A stretch of 64,000 bases of DNA from the human T2T-CHM13v2.0 reference genome, Homo sapiens: assembly GCF_009914755.1 (NCBI RefSeq), contig NC_060932.1. One strand, given 5' to 3'. The notes beneath the pieces are model-generated. The model was not told where the DNA came from and did not search any database. It worked only from the letters and a program-made list of their open reading frames with translations. The translations under genes were made by a program, and so were the position numbers. This document shows positions 46,222 to 62,609 of this stretch, piece after piece (positions within the stretch are counted from its first letter, which is position 1; every line of letters starts with the position of its first letter).

Positions 46222-46606
46222 AGTAGTCAGCACAGGCTACATTACACTGCAGTAACAAGCAGTCTTAAATATCTTAGGGTTTATAATCACGAAGGTTTAT
46301 TCCTCGGTCACAATTCATAATCCATTCAAGAGTCATCTGGGATATCTGCTCCATGACTTCTGATTCCAGAACCCAGGCTGATGGCACCAGAACGTTGCCA
46401 CCCCTTTGACAGAGGAAAAGGGTGTTCCCCTGGCAGTTAAGTGTTCCAGCCTGGATATATACCTTGCAGAACTACATGGGACTGTTTGGCCACAATTGGT
46501 CACATGGCCCCATCCAACGCCAAAGGTGCCAGAAAGTACATTCCTACCCTGGGCCCAGAATGAGGAGAACCCACACTTGTGAACAGATAATAATGGAACT
46601 TACACA
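46222..46606 (-). mobile_element. Old MLT1 LTR
   Basis: ctgcagtaacaa...aaggtttattcctc...cacatggccccatccaac motifs. Confidence 0.6.
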
Positions 46607-47795
46607 CCCTCATTCTTTCTTTAAACAATCCCAAACTTTGCTGCTCTGCAGGAACAGCAGAATTCCTTAGGAAAATCTCACCAAAGAGCTCCCAACTGGC
46701 ATCTTCTCTTTAACATAATTATTTACCATGACTTTACCTTACCTGTACACAGCTCACATCCTAAGTCCTCAGAACCCTCAGGTCCCAGCCACACCTTGAC
46801 CAAGATTCTATTGCTAACATCTCTTCAAGGCAAAAATTGTCAAATACAGATATCTTAAATTAGTAGAGCTGTAAAGACCTTAAGGAATATTTGGATCCCT
46901 CCTATAGATAAAGAAACATCAACTCAAAGTAGCTTTTACAGCTAGTAAAAAACTAAAATCCAAGAGTCTTTTTTTTCCTAATTATTTCCTCAACAATTCC
47001 TCGGAAAGCAAACAAGAAAAAGATAGGTTTCACCTGTGATGAGACTTACTGTTTGTATTCAAATCAACTATGAATTTCATAAAAATGGAAATCAATGCTA
47101 AAATATTTTACAGCAAAGTACATTACTATAGATCTTAGTCTTTCTCCATTGCTTCTTTTTTTTTAACGAACATTTTATGATTTAGAGTTTTACATTCTCT
47201 GACAGATTTTATTTTAATTACTTGCCTGGGAAGTATATTCATTTGAATGCAAAAATAACCTAGATGATGGTATTTGATGAATGTATTTATGTGCATCTCC
47301 CAGTGCTTTCCTTTGGCTTAGCTGACACAAGGCTCCCTGGTCAAAAAAATCAGTAGTCACTCACCCAGAGTGACTCCAGGATCCTCAGAGAGCAAACAGT
47401 GCAATCTCTCATTTTGGCTGAGCAAACTAAGACCCGCTGAGTTCAGGCAACAGAGGCCAGGTCCCACATTCACAAAATGCAAGAGCAAAGTCTCAAACGT
47501 CATCTTCCACCTCCAAACTCTGTGTTCCTTCCACCACCTCATGTCGCCTCAAGCTTTATTATTTGGAACAGCCTATTTTATTTCTCTGCTCCTCAGTTTT
47601 CCCAGTTAGAGAATGAGAGAGTAGGACTTGCTAGATTGAGATTTCCCAAATGCATTTCAAAGAACATCAGTCTACGAGGTGATTGTGGGAGTAAAATTTT
47701 CATGGTCACGTAAATTTGAGAAAAAAATACCTTATCTCTCTCCTGGAGATTAATAATGGGGATCAGCACGATAAAAGGGCTTAGAAAATTCTTCA

Positions 47796-48133
<338 letters not shown>

Positions 48134-48219
48134 GTTTTAGTGTTGTTGAAACGAATATTTCCTGAACGTATCTGGTCACAGGAATATTTGTGTGTGTGAC
48201 TCTTACCAACATTGTGCCG

Positions 48220-48600
48220 CCTGCTCTGACCACTCTCCCTCCCTCAACTCCCAGTAAGACCAGCCTCTTCCTGCTGAGGCTCCAACACACCAAACATTTT
48301 CCTACCTCAGGCCTTTACCCCTGCCACTCCTCTGCCTGGAGGCCTCATCTCCTCAAAGAAATCCTCCCTAGCCACCACTCTCCTACAAAGAGACCTACTT
48401 TATTTGCTTTTTCTTCATAGCCCTTATACCAGACAAACATTACATGATATATGTCTGCCTCTTGCACCAGCACAGAGGCTCCCAGAGGCGAGAACTTCAT
48501 CTTGTGCATCAGCATAACCTCTAGCACCCACAGCACTGTCTGAGAACAGCAGGAATGAGTAAATATTTGTTGAATGAATTAATTAATGAACCAATGAATG
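48220..48600 (+). mobile_element. L2 3' end
   Basis: cctacctcaggcctttacc...taaatatttgttgaatgaat. Confidence 0.75.
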
Positions 48601-48642
48601 AAGTCTGTGAACATCATGTTCTATAGAACATACAGTATTATT

Positions 48643-49143
48643 GGCTGGGCGCAGTGTCTCAAAGCTGTAATCCCAGATCAGCCTGGGAGACATGGTGAAA
48701 TCCCGTCTCTACTAAAAACACAAAAAATTGGCCAGGCGCAGTAGCTCACACCTGTAATCCCAGCACTTTGGGAGGCCAAGGCGGGTGGATCATCTGAGGT
48801 TGAGAGTTCAAGACCAGCCTGGCCAACATGGTGAAACCCCATCTCTACTAAAAATACAAAAAATTTTCTGGGCATGGTGGCATACACTTGCAATCCCAAC
48901 TACTCAGGAGGCTGAGGCAGGAGAATCACTTGAACCTGGGAGGCAGAGGTTGCCGTGAGCCAAGACTGCGCCACTACCATCTAGCCTGGGTGACAGACTG
49001 AGACTCTGTCTCAAAAAACAAAAATTAGCCCGGCATGGTGCCGGGTTCCTGTAATCCCAGCTACTCGAGAGGCTAAGGCAGGAGAATCGCTTGTGAGCTG
49101 AGATCACGCCACTGCACTCTGTCTCAAAAAAAAACAAAAAAAC
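48643..49143 (+). mobile_element. Nested Alus: complete AluS (48729-49019) inside the A-rich linker of a deleted Alu
   Basis: Linker aaaaaca(c)aaaaatt is duplicated around the inner copy. Confidence 0.88.
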
Positions 49144-49302
49144 ACGGAGCCTTGTTACCAAACCAGGGATATTAGCATAGCGTCACTGGACCCTTTTTAG
49201 AAATGCAAATTCTCAGCTCCCCTCTACCTTCTTAGGGGTGGAGCCCAGCAATCTGGGTTTGAACAAGCCCTTTATGTGATTCTGAAACTCACTAAAGTGT
49301 AT

Positions 49303-49552
49303 GGCTGGGTGTGGTGCCTCACACATGTAATCCCAACACTTTGGGAGGCCATGGTGGAAAAACTGCTTAGGCCAGGAGTTCAAGACCACCTGGGCAACAT
49401 AGCAAGATTCTGTCTCCACAAAACTGAAAAATTACACTGAAGCCAGAGGGTCGCTTGAGCCCCAGAGTTTGAGGCTGCAGTGAGCTATGATCATGCCACA
49501 GCACTGCAGCCTGGGTGACAGAGCAAGACTCTGTCTCTAAAAAATAAAATAA
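49303..49552 (+). mobile_element. AluJ with internal deletion, within a MER5A-like element
   Basis: Alu consensus; flanking tagaaatgcaaattctcag...tctgggtttgaacaagccc. Confidence 0.8.
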
Positions 49553-49849
49553 AGTTTGAGTTCCACACCCCCTTCCTCACCTCACCACTGGGGAGAGGGA
49601 AAGGAGAGGAAGAAATCTGAAACAGCAGCCAAGAAAAAATCTTGAAAAATAAGAATTCTAACTATAGGAAAAGCAGGTTAGGAAAGAGTTGCCTTCCTTG
49701 TGGGAGCAAGCGAGAGACCATGCAAAAGTTAAGTCTGACTAGATATATGTGAGTTTTTCACTGTCCTCTGAGACTAGACATTAGAATTCTCAAGAAAGGG
49801 CATAAGATAAAACCAGTCCTAGAAGCAAGACATTTTTGCTAAAATCTAA

Positions 49850-50377
<528 letters not shown>

Positions 50378-52499
50378 TGAACATGGGAATTGTGCTGAAA
50401 TAAAAGTGAGACATTCCAAGGGAGAGTTGAACACACATGTCAGAGTCCTATTCGTGAGTTTCTCACCCAACCTGCAGGCCGGGCTCCTGCCAGAGAAACC
50501 TTGACACTTCTGGATTCTCCTGGATGAAAGAAAAGGGTGAGCTCTAACAACTCCCTGTGATTTATTAAGATAAATATGTTCACAAACCAGGTGTTAACTC
50601 CTTCCTCTTATCAGAGAATGACAGTCATCATTCAGGTTGGGGTGGTCCTACAGGCAGCAATGATTGAGCATAAAAAGCAATGGAGTGCACATCCAAGATA
50701 ACTAAGAATCACTATTCAGGCCATTCTCCATTGAAGCAGAAGGTGACAGGCTGTGTTCCAAAAGATTGTTTGACACGAGCCACACCCTGCCAGCCACTAG
50801 CCTACTGGACATTTTTAAAACATAGCTTGGAGCAAAGGAGGATTTCTAAAACAAACCAAAAACTCTCACAGGGAAATCCCAATGGCCACTCTAATGTTCT
50901 CAAATAAATTGCTACTGAATCCCCTGAAATCCCCCAGGAGGGAGAGAGAAGAGAGGAAGCAGCTTCGGTTCCTTTTCCCCAAGACTCAAATAGGCTTCGG
51001 TAGAACCTATGATCCCAAGATAAGAGCTACTTCTAGTTCCACTCAAGAAACCACTCAATTTGAAACCACTCAATTACATTAAATATATTAAATATGTACA
51101 CAAAGCATATTAAAGTTATATTAAAACTAGGCAGAGGGCAAAGATACAATGAATTATGGTGGGAGAATTCTTCATGCCTACTTTTATGGAATTCCAAACA
51201 TTTTTCCTGCGGGTATAAAATTACAAAAAGACTTAGATTGCCAAACCAGGCCACAGCAGTCAACTCAACATACAATGGTATACACCAGAATTCCAATATA
51301 TGCACTAGAAATACAGCCCCTTCTCCCACTTAACAGCGTCTGGAAGTTTCTCTTCATATAATACACCTGCTGGGAAAAAGGGAACAAGTCCCATAGCAGC
51401 GTTGGGGAGGCTCAGGGTCCTAGATCACAGAAGTTTCCAAATCGTGAAGGTGGTGTAAGAAGCAAAGCGTGGCAGATGAGAAGCATAATTAAGGAAGACT
51501 AAGCCATAGTCATTCCTTTGAAAGGAAACTCTTGTTTCTCACTAGGATTTCTCCAAGACAATAGTTTCCAAACTTAACAGATCAACAGGATCATCTGGAT
51601 GCTTTTAAAAAATGCAGATTCTAGATTCTAGAGCCTGACCACAGTACTACTAAATTAGACTCCCCCAACCCCCGCCAGAGGAAGGTCCATGAATCTGCAA
51701 TTTGAAGGATGTGCCTGAGATGATTATGATGTTCACACATGTGTAAACTTCCACTCTAGGGTTTTTGATATCAGAATCGTGAACTAACATTACACATTAC
51801 ACATTACAGTTCTCAAGCATCCTTTAAGCCTTGGCTTACACATCAATTCCTCTTAATGATCTTCCTATTTAAGCACCCCTCCCCAAATGCAATATATAGT
51901 TTCCTTGATTTATAGCACTTGCCTTGGTTTGTAATTCCTTATTGTTTACTTGTTTATTGTTTGTCTTCACATAAGAGTCTAAGTTCCAACAAGGCAGTCC
52001 TGCTTCCTGCTAGGACCCGGCATTTAACACAGAGCATGTGTATATCATCTTTGCTGAATGAAAGTACACTGTAGCCATTGATCTTGTTACATCTTATCTC
52101 CACGTGTATAACATAGGTGGAGTAGAAGTTATTATGCCTAAATTAACAAGATGAACCAGAACAGCTGAGTGGCTCAAGACCGCAGAGGAACACGTGCAGG
52201 AGCAAGCCTAACATCCAGGCTCAGGCTTCCAGATCCACCTCCACTCCCTTCCCACTGTCTCACCCACCTCCCTTTACAGAATATCAAACCTTGGCTCCAG
52301 TTTATTAATATCAAACTCACTGAAGAGCTGGTGCCTATGTCTCAAGGTCTTATATTTATTTGCATGGCAGACAATTGTGCAACTCAGAAGCATAAGACCT
52401 CGGGAGCTTCTGGACAAACCTTGAACACATTCTATGCATTTAACAAAGAAACAATAAACATGATGTAGAGTGGGAAAACAGAAGTTAATTAGAAAATCT

Positions 52500-52715
52500 T
52501 GGCTAATACTGCCCAAGCAATTTACAGATTCAATGCTATTCCTATCAAACTACCAATGACATTCTTCACAGAACCAGAAAAAACCACTTTAAAATTCATA
52601 TGGAACCAAAAAAGAGCTCGATTAGCCAAGGCAATCCTAAGCAAAAAGAATAAAGCTGGAGGCATCATATTACCCAATTTCAAACTGTACTACAGGGCAA
52701 CGGAAACTCAAAACA
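52500..52715 (+). mobile_element. Isolated L1P ORF2 internal fragment
   Basis: Translates [62 protein letters not shown], which is L1 ORF2p. Confidence 0.93.
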
Positions 52716-52795
52716 CAGAGAGAACCATTTACTGGCCACATCTGTGATCAGTGAGAAATAAACATCTGGAATTAGAATATACATGTGTGAGGGGG

Positions 52796-53725
<930 letters not shown>

Positions 53726-53739
53726 ATGTGCGAGGTTTC

Positions 53740-54338
53740 TTTTTTTTTGTAATGAAAGCTTTTTTTTTTTTTTACTTTTATTTTAGGTTCAGGAGTACAT
53801 GTGCAGGTTTGTTACACAGGTAAACTTGTGTCATGGAAGTTTGTTGTACAGATTATTTCATCACCCAGGTATTAAGCCTAGTATCCATTGGTTGTTTTTC
53901 CTGATCTTCTCCCTCCTCCCACACTTCACCCTCCAAAAGGCCCCAGTGTGTGTTGTTACTATGTCCATGTGTTCTCATTGTTTAGCTCCCACTTATAAGT
54001 GAGAACATGTGCTAATTGGTTTTCTAATCCTGTGTTAGTTTGCTAAGGATAATGGCCTCCAGCTCCATCCACGTTCCTGCAAAGGACATGATTTTGTTCT
54101 TTTTTATGGCTGCATAGTATTCCATGGTGTGTATGTACCACATTTTCTTTATCCAGTCTATCATTGATGGACATTTAAGTTGATTCCACATCTTTGCTAT
54201 TGTGAATAGTGCTGCAATGAACGAACAAGTGCATTTGTCTTTATAATAGAACAATTCATATTCTTTTGAGTTTATACCCAGTAATGAGATTGCCGGGTCA
54301 AATGGTATTTCTGTCTTTAAGTCTTTAAAGAATCGCCA
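53740..54338 (-). mobile_element. L1PA (older, PA13-16-like) 3' end
   Basis: gtacatgtgcaggtttgttac...; reverse ORF has IPFDPAISLLGI...WIKKMWYIHTMEYYAAIKKN. Confidence 0.92.
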
Positions 54339-54414
54339 TGATGTGTGAGATTTTAATGGATAAATATTCTCCTGAAAGCTACATACCAAGTCTAAATTTT
54401 GATAATCATAACTA

Positions 54415-54718
<304 letters not shown>

Positions 54719-57329
54719 GAATTCATAATAAAGCAAAAGACTTTGTTACAATGTAAAAAGTTTACCTTTCCTCCCCCAAAAAAGTATGTATTTTAAGTTT
54801 TCATTTTTATCTATCAGTTTTTCTTAAAGCAAGACAAGCTTAAAGGTTCAAAATTGAACCAGCATAATCTGAAATCAACAGATTAATAAAAATGCACAAT
54901 AATCAACATGTATTTTTAGCCTAGTAACTCAGATAGAGTGACAATTTATCTTTTAAGTATCTGAAAAGATATCATCACTGAAGAGGAAAACAAATATTTC
55001 TTTTTTAACTTAAATACAATTGCCAATGAAATGTGCAAATGTTTTGTATGGCACCTAAATTTTAAAAAGAAAGAAGGACAAGTAAGTCATTAGAATATAG
55101 TCAAATTTTCCAAAAGAAAATTTGAAAAGATTTAGAATCCTTTGAGTCATTTAAAAGCAGCTTGGTTAGAACATTTAAGCACCCTGACTCCCCAAGGCTA
55201 CTTACAAGATGATTATTATAATTACCATATCATCATTATTATGCCAACTTTATTATTATTATGATTATGATTATTATTATTATGCTATCTTTCATGTATG
55301 GAAATACAGCTACCGATCTAAGGAGTGTGGTGTGTGTGTGTGTGTGTGTGTTTTGTGAGGAGGGGAAAAGGAAGGAGTACTTTTTTTGCTTTGGTTGTGT
55401 TTTGTTCTTTGCTAGGATGGGTGAGCATTGCTCTATTACCTGCCTCCTGGAGATCGGTAGCATCATTTGCAAGCTGACAAGACAAGACGAGAGCAGGGGA
55501 ATATGGAGCACAACAATGGTGAATGACTCACACATAACTCATGGTCATGATCACAAGTCTCACTAACACTGGACTATGCCTAACCCAGTGAGTTCTCCAG
55601 CTACAGAGGCAAGATAACCCCCACTGAGAATTATAGCTGTGTACAGCAAAGCACCAGTGCATGGCTTAAACATCTGATTTCCATGCCAGGACAAAAAGGT
55701 TCCAGTGCCCCAGGCCCAGGTGGGGGTTCTGAGAGCTTGAGGAGGCACCGCATTTAGTGGAACTGGCCATGCTGGAGGGTAGAGCCAATGGAGATCAAAC
55801 CACAGCATCCTGCAAAAGTCGCAGCTAAGATCCAAGGAAATAGTGCACTAGCATCTGCAGGGACTGGGCTGGGAGAAGGAAGCCAGGTCCCAGGCAGTGG
55901 GCATAAGCAGCAGGGCAAAGCAAGATGGTGGAGGAGTGAGGGTAAGAAGCGGAGCCTACAGAGGTCTTCTTAGCCACTTTAAAGCTATTATCATAGCCTG
56001 AGGCCTAAAAGTGGACAGAAAGGAAGCTGGAGGAGTGCCGTTCCAGCTCCCACAGTAAAGACAGAAGAAAGCCAAATTCTAACAAACACTGACCACTCAG
56101 CAAGTATGTGATATCATGGCGTGAGTGATGTTGGCCAATTTCAGGAATCCAAACTTTATTTCAGACATCACTTTCAACTTTTCAGGCAAAATATTTTATA
56201 AAAGTAATTAAGTAGAAAAATCAATTAATGAGGTCTTAATTTCCTTTCTTTGCCCATACAAACTCTGAATGGAGCATCAATAGACAATAAACTCACTGCA
56301 GTTAGAGAAGGAAGAACAAGAGACTTTAATAATAATTTACAAAGTATAATTTGACCTTGGATAAACAAGAATTAAAAGAAATCTAAAATTTCCTGCTCAG
56401 CTGCAGCAAGATTGGGTCACATTTCTGGAAGACACTATGAAACAACCCCTGAAAATGCTTTGTGGCCATGTCTTCTGCTGGTTTTTTGTTTCGGTCTACA
56501 TCCCCAAACACAGTACACAGACATTCACATGCACACCCACGAACACAGACTGTGCCTCTATGAGAGAAGTTAGGCAAAAAGGCCCATATCTGCATTTCCA
56601 GGGCATTGGCTCTCTGCTCCTTTATTCAATCCATCCCACCTTCCCACATGCAGTAAAGTGCATGAGCCAACGTCTCAGCAGGCAGACTATCCATGAAAGT
56701 TCCAGACCCACTCCAGGAACCACAAAGGGCTCTGGAGTTACTCCCATACACAACCAGATCTTGCTGGTTGGAGACATAATCAGAGATTTTAAGGTCCAGA
56801 ACTGGATAGAGAAAGCATAAAGATAGCCCGTGAGCTTACGTGTTTGGGGCTACCTCCCTACGCTCCTCAGCAATTAAACTTGATTATAACCAACAGCGCC
56901 TGTCGTAATTACCAGAAGCCCATAGCAAGAGCATCTTGTGAGGAAGCTATTTATAACCTGAAAGCTTCGTCTTCTTTCTCCCGTGTCACTCTTTGCTTCG
57001 TAGGGGAGCTCTCAACAGACTCTCCAGACACAAGGAAGCAGAGATTCCATTCATCGCTATGGGGAATGGGGTGGATGCCTAATGGAGAGGCTCAGCCCAG
57101 CCAAGAACACTCTGGTGTAATGAAGCCCACATTTCTTATGCCTCTTGGCTCAGGGTCAACCAAATACACAGCACCCAAGCAAGAGTCGTCAACATGGACG
57201 GGCTGAGCAAGCTTACTGTGTGAGGCAGGCAACCCGCTCAGAAAAGCCACAAGAAGAGCTGTACCCTGCCCGCTAAAATGAAAGCTAACACCACTCTCTT
57301 CCTGAACGGAATTAAATTTTAAAAGTAAT

Positions 57330-57540
57330 GACAGCCCACATTTTTTAGTGTTTAACCATGTGCCAGGCCAGGCTGTGTTTTAAGTGCATCCTGGGCATTG
57401 GCCCACATGATCCCTGCATTAACAGAGGCAGGACTGGGCACAGAGAGGCCACAGAAGCTGCCCCAGTTTGCACCACTGGCCAGGACAAAGTGGGAATTCA
57501 AACCGAGGCAGCTGGACCCCAGGGGCCACTCTCTTAACAA
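57330..57540 (-). mobile_element. MIR
   Basis: atgtgccagg...gcacagagagg...ggaattcaaaccgaggcag. Confidence 0.7.
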
Positions 57541-59694
57541 ACAACTACTTCGAGTATGCTAGCATCTGGATCTAGGCCACAGTAGGTTTAGAAGAAACCA
57601 GAGTATAGTTTTGAGAAGACCCTTTGCAACCCCTCTCATTCGAGTCCATCAATTTACAAATGCAAAAACTGAAACCCAGAGTTGTCGAGTAACTTGCTGG
57701 AGGTCACGAAGCTCACAGATAACCTTAAATTATCCAGAATAAATGGTGTTAAAGAAACCCTAAAACTAGATTTTAAAGCCCTTGGGGATCAGGAGCAACT
57801 TCTTAACGTTAGTTTCAGAAATACAGTATATACGGTATAGCAACTCCCCTCTCCCACTCTTCCTAACCCTAAGCAAGCTTTCAAAAAAATCACAGCTTAG
57901 ATTAGAAACCATCTGAGCAGACATGGGTCAAACATTTTACAGAAAAGGAACTGAGGTCCTGAAAGATTACGTGATCTGGTCAAAGTCATGTCAGTAATTG
58001 TGGACTAGTTTGTGTCAAATTGCACATTAGTCATCTATGTATAATTTACCATTTCTACAAAACTGGATGATCTGCAAGGTTTATGTCCTAAATTAATAAT
58101 TTCCAAAGTATAGTATGAGTCTCATATAAGTAAATAAATAAGTGCCCCACCAGAATCCACGTGAGGGCCCTGCAGACCTCTCCCTGACAACAATGGCTCT
58201 AGAACCTAAAAGGAAAGAAAGTGTGTACAGAGGAGAACTTTGCACAACCAAAAAACTGAAGCCAGCAATTTAGAGTAACACTACCCATCGCTCTTCATGA
58301 CTTGCATTCACTACCACTGCCTTCCACCAATCCTAAGTGAAGAAATTCAAACTAATTTCTTTTGAGAGTTTAACAATAACAAAATAACTGGAGACATCTT
58401 AGCAGCAAAACCAACTTTTGGAACCATTTTGTTAGATTTATGTATATCTTTAAGGAAGTCTTTCTCATAGGTAATTTTTCAGATTTCTCTACGAAGATTT
58501 TTCATCTTGTTAAAAGTTGCTGCTGTCCTCCATCTAAGGGAAAGCCATTAAAATGAAGTTCAAATCAGGACACATTCCCTTTCCAGCTGAAATAAAACAC
58601 CAGAGACATAAGCAAATTTCTAGACAAAATACTAGCAAATATCTTTCCCAAAAAAATGTAAAGACATTCTGCAAATGAGGATTGTTGGTCCGTCATTACA
58701 CATTGATCAGAAATTGATTTACAGCCAGGAAGTCTAAGATCAGGGACTTACTCTATGCAGTCTTACTCACTTAAATTTCTCAGTTCTCTTTATAAAAAAA
58801 AAAGTATCTTAAAACTTCTATGACCTTTGTAAGAATTTAAAGTGAAAAAATTAGGAAAACACCTGACAAAACCAAGACTCATTAAAGTATTATTGCTAAG
58901 AATTCCCACATGCTAGAATGCCAGGAGCTGTACCATTCCATTTCAGACACTTGCATATTATATAATTTCATTCTGCTGAGAATATTAATTACATAAATAT
59001 GCTCTTTATTTTTAAGCAGGGGTAACCTGCCCCTGTCTTTCTAAGTTATATTAGGGAACAAGGATTAGCGTTTTTGCAGGGTGACAGTTTAACGAGCAGT
59101 CATAATTCCCTAGAGGGGAAGTAGACTCTGAATTTACCATCAGGTAATACACAGCTGCTGGGAAAAAGGAGCAAAAGGACTACCTAACTCCCCAGGGACA
59201 GCTGTCCTACGACATCTCTCAAGCCGCCGGGAGGTGGAGAACATGCTCAAGGGATGGGCTTCTAATGGCTCAAGGACTCCTCTGGAGACCTGAGTCTCAA
59301 GTTGCAGAAAAAGACCACATCAAGTCGGACTGAACAAAGCACAGAACCAAAGTACTAGAACACTTAAGAGGCGACAGGAATCTAAGAAACCACTAGCCTT
59401 ACTCCTTTGTTAAAATATAAAAAACTCAGCCAAAGTCACACCAGAAGTTTATGGACTTCTCCCTCCCCTCTTTGTAACGCCAGTGGTTAGATCCTCGGCT
59501 TTGGAGGAAGACCTGAATTGTGGTTTTGTCACTTTTTAGATGACCTTCAGCATATTATTTAATTTCAATTTCCTCATCTATAAAATGTGAGAAGTAGGAT
59601 AACTACTACATAGTTGTTCTGAGGATAAAACAAAATAATATTTAGACAAGAAACTGTAACAAACTACAAGAAAAAAACATGACATTGGAAATGC

Positions 59695-60905
59695 CATAGA
59701 GGAAAGACTACATGACATTGATCTTAGGAATAATGTTTTGAATATGACCCCAAAAGTGCAGGCAACAAAAGTAAAAGTAGACAAATGGGATTACATCAAA
59801 ATAAAAAGCTTCTGCACAGCAAAGGAAACAATTAACAGTGTGCACAGACAGCCCACAGATCGCAAGAAAACATCTGCAAGCCATACATTCAAAATATACA
59901 AGTTCAAATACCTCAATAGCAAGAAAACAAAAAATTCAATTAAAAAATAGGCAAGGGACTTGAATAGACATTTCTCAAAAGAACACATACAAATGACCAC
60001 CAGACATGAAAAGAATGCTTAATATTGCAAAGAATTAGGGAAATGCAAATTAAAACCACAATGAGAGATCAACTCACACCTGTCAGAACAGCTATTATCA
60101 TCAAGTTTTGATGAGGATGTGGAGAAAGGGGAAAACTTGTACACTGCTAATGGAATGTAAATTAGTACAGCCATTATGGAAAGCTGTATGGAGGGTTCTC
60201 AAAGAACTAAAAATAGAATTACCGTATGATCCAGCAATCCCACTGCAGGGTGTTTGCCAAAATACCCAAAGTGAGTTACCAAAGATTTGAAATCACTTTG
60301 TCAAGGAGATATTTGCATTCCCATGTTCACTGCAGCACTATTCACAATAACCAAGTTATGGAATTAGCCCGTGTCCATCAATAAATGAATGGATATAGAA
60401 AACTATTCCACCTTAAAAAAAAGAAGGAAATTCTGTCATTTTTGACAACATGGATGGTGTTAGAGAACATTATGCTAAGTGAAATAAGCCAGGCACAGAA
60501 AGACAAATATCACATATTCTCACTTATGAAATCATGTTCACTTGTGAAATCTAAAACAATCAAACTCATAGAAGCAGAGAGTAGACTGATGGTTACAGAG
60601 GTTGCGGGATGGGGGAAGTGGGGAGATGATGATTAAAAGGGTACAAAATTTCAGGGAGGAGAAATGTTTTTAATTTCTATTCCACAGTATGGTGAATATA
60701 GTTAATAGAGTGTGGTACATTTCACAATTGTTAAAAGTAAATTTCAAAGGTTTTCACCATAAAAAGGTTAAGTATTTGAAATGATAGATATGTTCATTAG
60801 CCTGAGTTAATTAGTCTGCATTGTATTCATAAATCATAACATCACTTTGTACCCATAAATTTATGCTGTTATAAATTATCAAATTACAATTTTAAAAATT
60901 AAATA
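59695..60905 (+). mobile_element. L1MA 3' ~1.2 kb, inserted in a MIR
   Basis: ORF2 remnants MTPKVQATKVKVDKWDYIKIKSFCTAKETIN and [16 protein letters not shown]; L1MA 3' UTR. Confidence 0.9.
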
Positions 60906-61242
60906 AAGTGTTTAGTACAATGCCTGGCATATTTTAAACACTCAAAAATATTTTCTGTAAAAATAGTCCTTGTTAGACCTCCACCTATGAAACCATATCA
61001 CAGTTGTTGGGTTTTTTTGTCCATTTGTTTATTTTAGTTAAGCTCTCATTTGTTTTTAAGAAAAACTCTAGGTCTTATAACTCCTCATTAAATCTATCCT
61101 ACAGCTCCTCTTGATGTCCAGTTACTTCATTGATGAGCTCTGCTTTAGAATGCTGATTAACTGCTTTCTAATTTTCCACAATTCCTTGTCTTGATGTTTT
61201 CTTTTCCTAAAGGCACCACAACTAAAAGAGAGGTAAAATATC

Positions 61243-61243
<1 letters not shown>

Positions 61244-61282
<39 letters not shown>
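61244..61282. repeat. (CA)n microsatellite
   Basis: About 19 CA units. Confidence 0.95.
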
Positions 61283-61283
<1 letters not shown>

Positions 61284-61774
61284 GATTACATCATTCCCTC
61301 TTCAAGGATTACAGTATTCCCAATTCCAATAATATGGTCCAGGAAATTCCCATGGTTAAATTTTTTAAGCTGATGGGAACTAAATTAACTAAAGAAACCA
61401 TGAAAGCCCTAATATTTTTGCACCCACTAAAAATAATCCACTGGAGCACACCATAGTAACTTCTCTAAACTATTAACAGCACAGTATATTATAGATACTA
61501 CAGTATCTACTGAGCAACAATGTAGCAATGAGTAACACACAGTTAATTTCTACTTCCTATCCCTTGCTTGTTAGAAGACTTCCTTACTTACAAAGATCTT
61601 TTTCCTAAGTCTCCTCCATCCATATATTCAATACTTCTCTGATTCTATGATCTAGAGATTTTTGACTTCTAGTTCCAAGATATAAGGAACTCAAGATATT
61701 GAGTAACTTGAAAGTTTAAGATGAAAAAGAGTTTAGAGCATCACTATTGGCAATGCTTTATTGGATAATTATTG

Positions 61775-61938
61775 GATACTGGGGGCTCTTCTGGACATCG
61801 TAGGATGTTTAGCAACATCCCTGTCCTAAACACGATGAAATACCTCAGACCCTCTCCAAGTTGTGACAATAAAAATTACTCTAGACATTGCCAAATGTCT
61901 CCAGAGAGCCAAAATCATCCCTGATTGAAAACCACTGT
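61775..61938. mobile_element. MER20
   Basis: taggatgtttagcaacatccctg...agacattgccaaatgtc...gaaaaccactg. Confidence 0.85.
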
Positions 61939-62609
61939 TTTAGAATGATTTGAAACTTACAAAGTTTTCCACAGGAACTGAAGTGAAGAACCTGCACCAC
62001 CTGAGTATTGTAAAATTGCCAATGGTAGTTGAAGAGGGGGATCGGGCAGCTGTGGGACCCCCATCTCTTTTTCTCCAGCAAAAGGAAACTGAAAACACAG
62101 GAAACAGGGTGCAAGCACTGGCTACTGCAGGAGCACCCAACACAGCAGAACACATTGACATGAACCCATAGTCTCTACCTCCAAGTATTCCAATCTCTTT
62201 CCCCAGAAACACACAGTAGAACAACTCAAATCCACAGGTATGTTTCTTCACCTTCATTTCTCTCCCTGAAGGCTTTAATCTTAACGTGCCTACTCTAAAA
62301 TCCACTTTCCCTTTATTTTTCTCTTCCCAAGTCCCTATTTCTTCTTTTTAAAATTATGCCCAAAAGAAATGACTTGAAATTCCCACACACCTGAGAAAAC
62401 AATTCTCATAACTGAAGTACAGACTCACATTATTTAACATGTGCTAGAATGCTGCATAGGCTGGGAGAAGTGACTTTACCATTCAAGGACTTGAACTTTT
62501 TAGAATTTCCATTTGTATCATAATTATTTTTTTAATTCAGATGGATTTATAGTCCATATATCCATTCAGACTCAAGGCAATTTGACTGTATAACCTGGAC
62601 AGATCTCTT

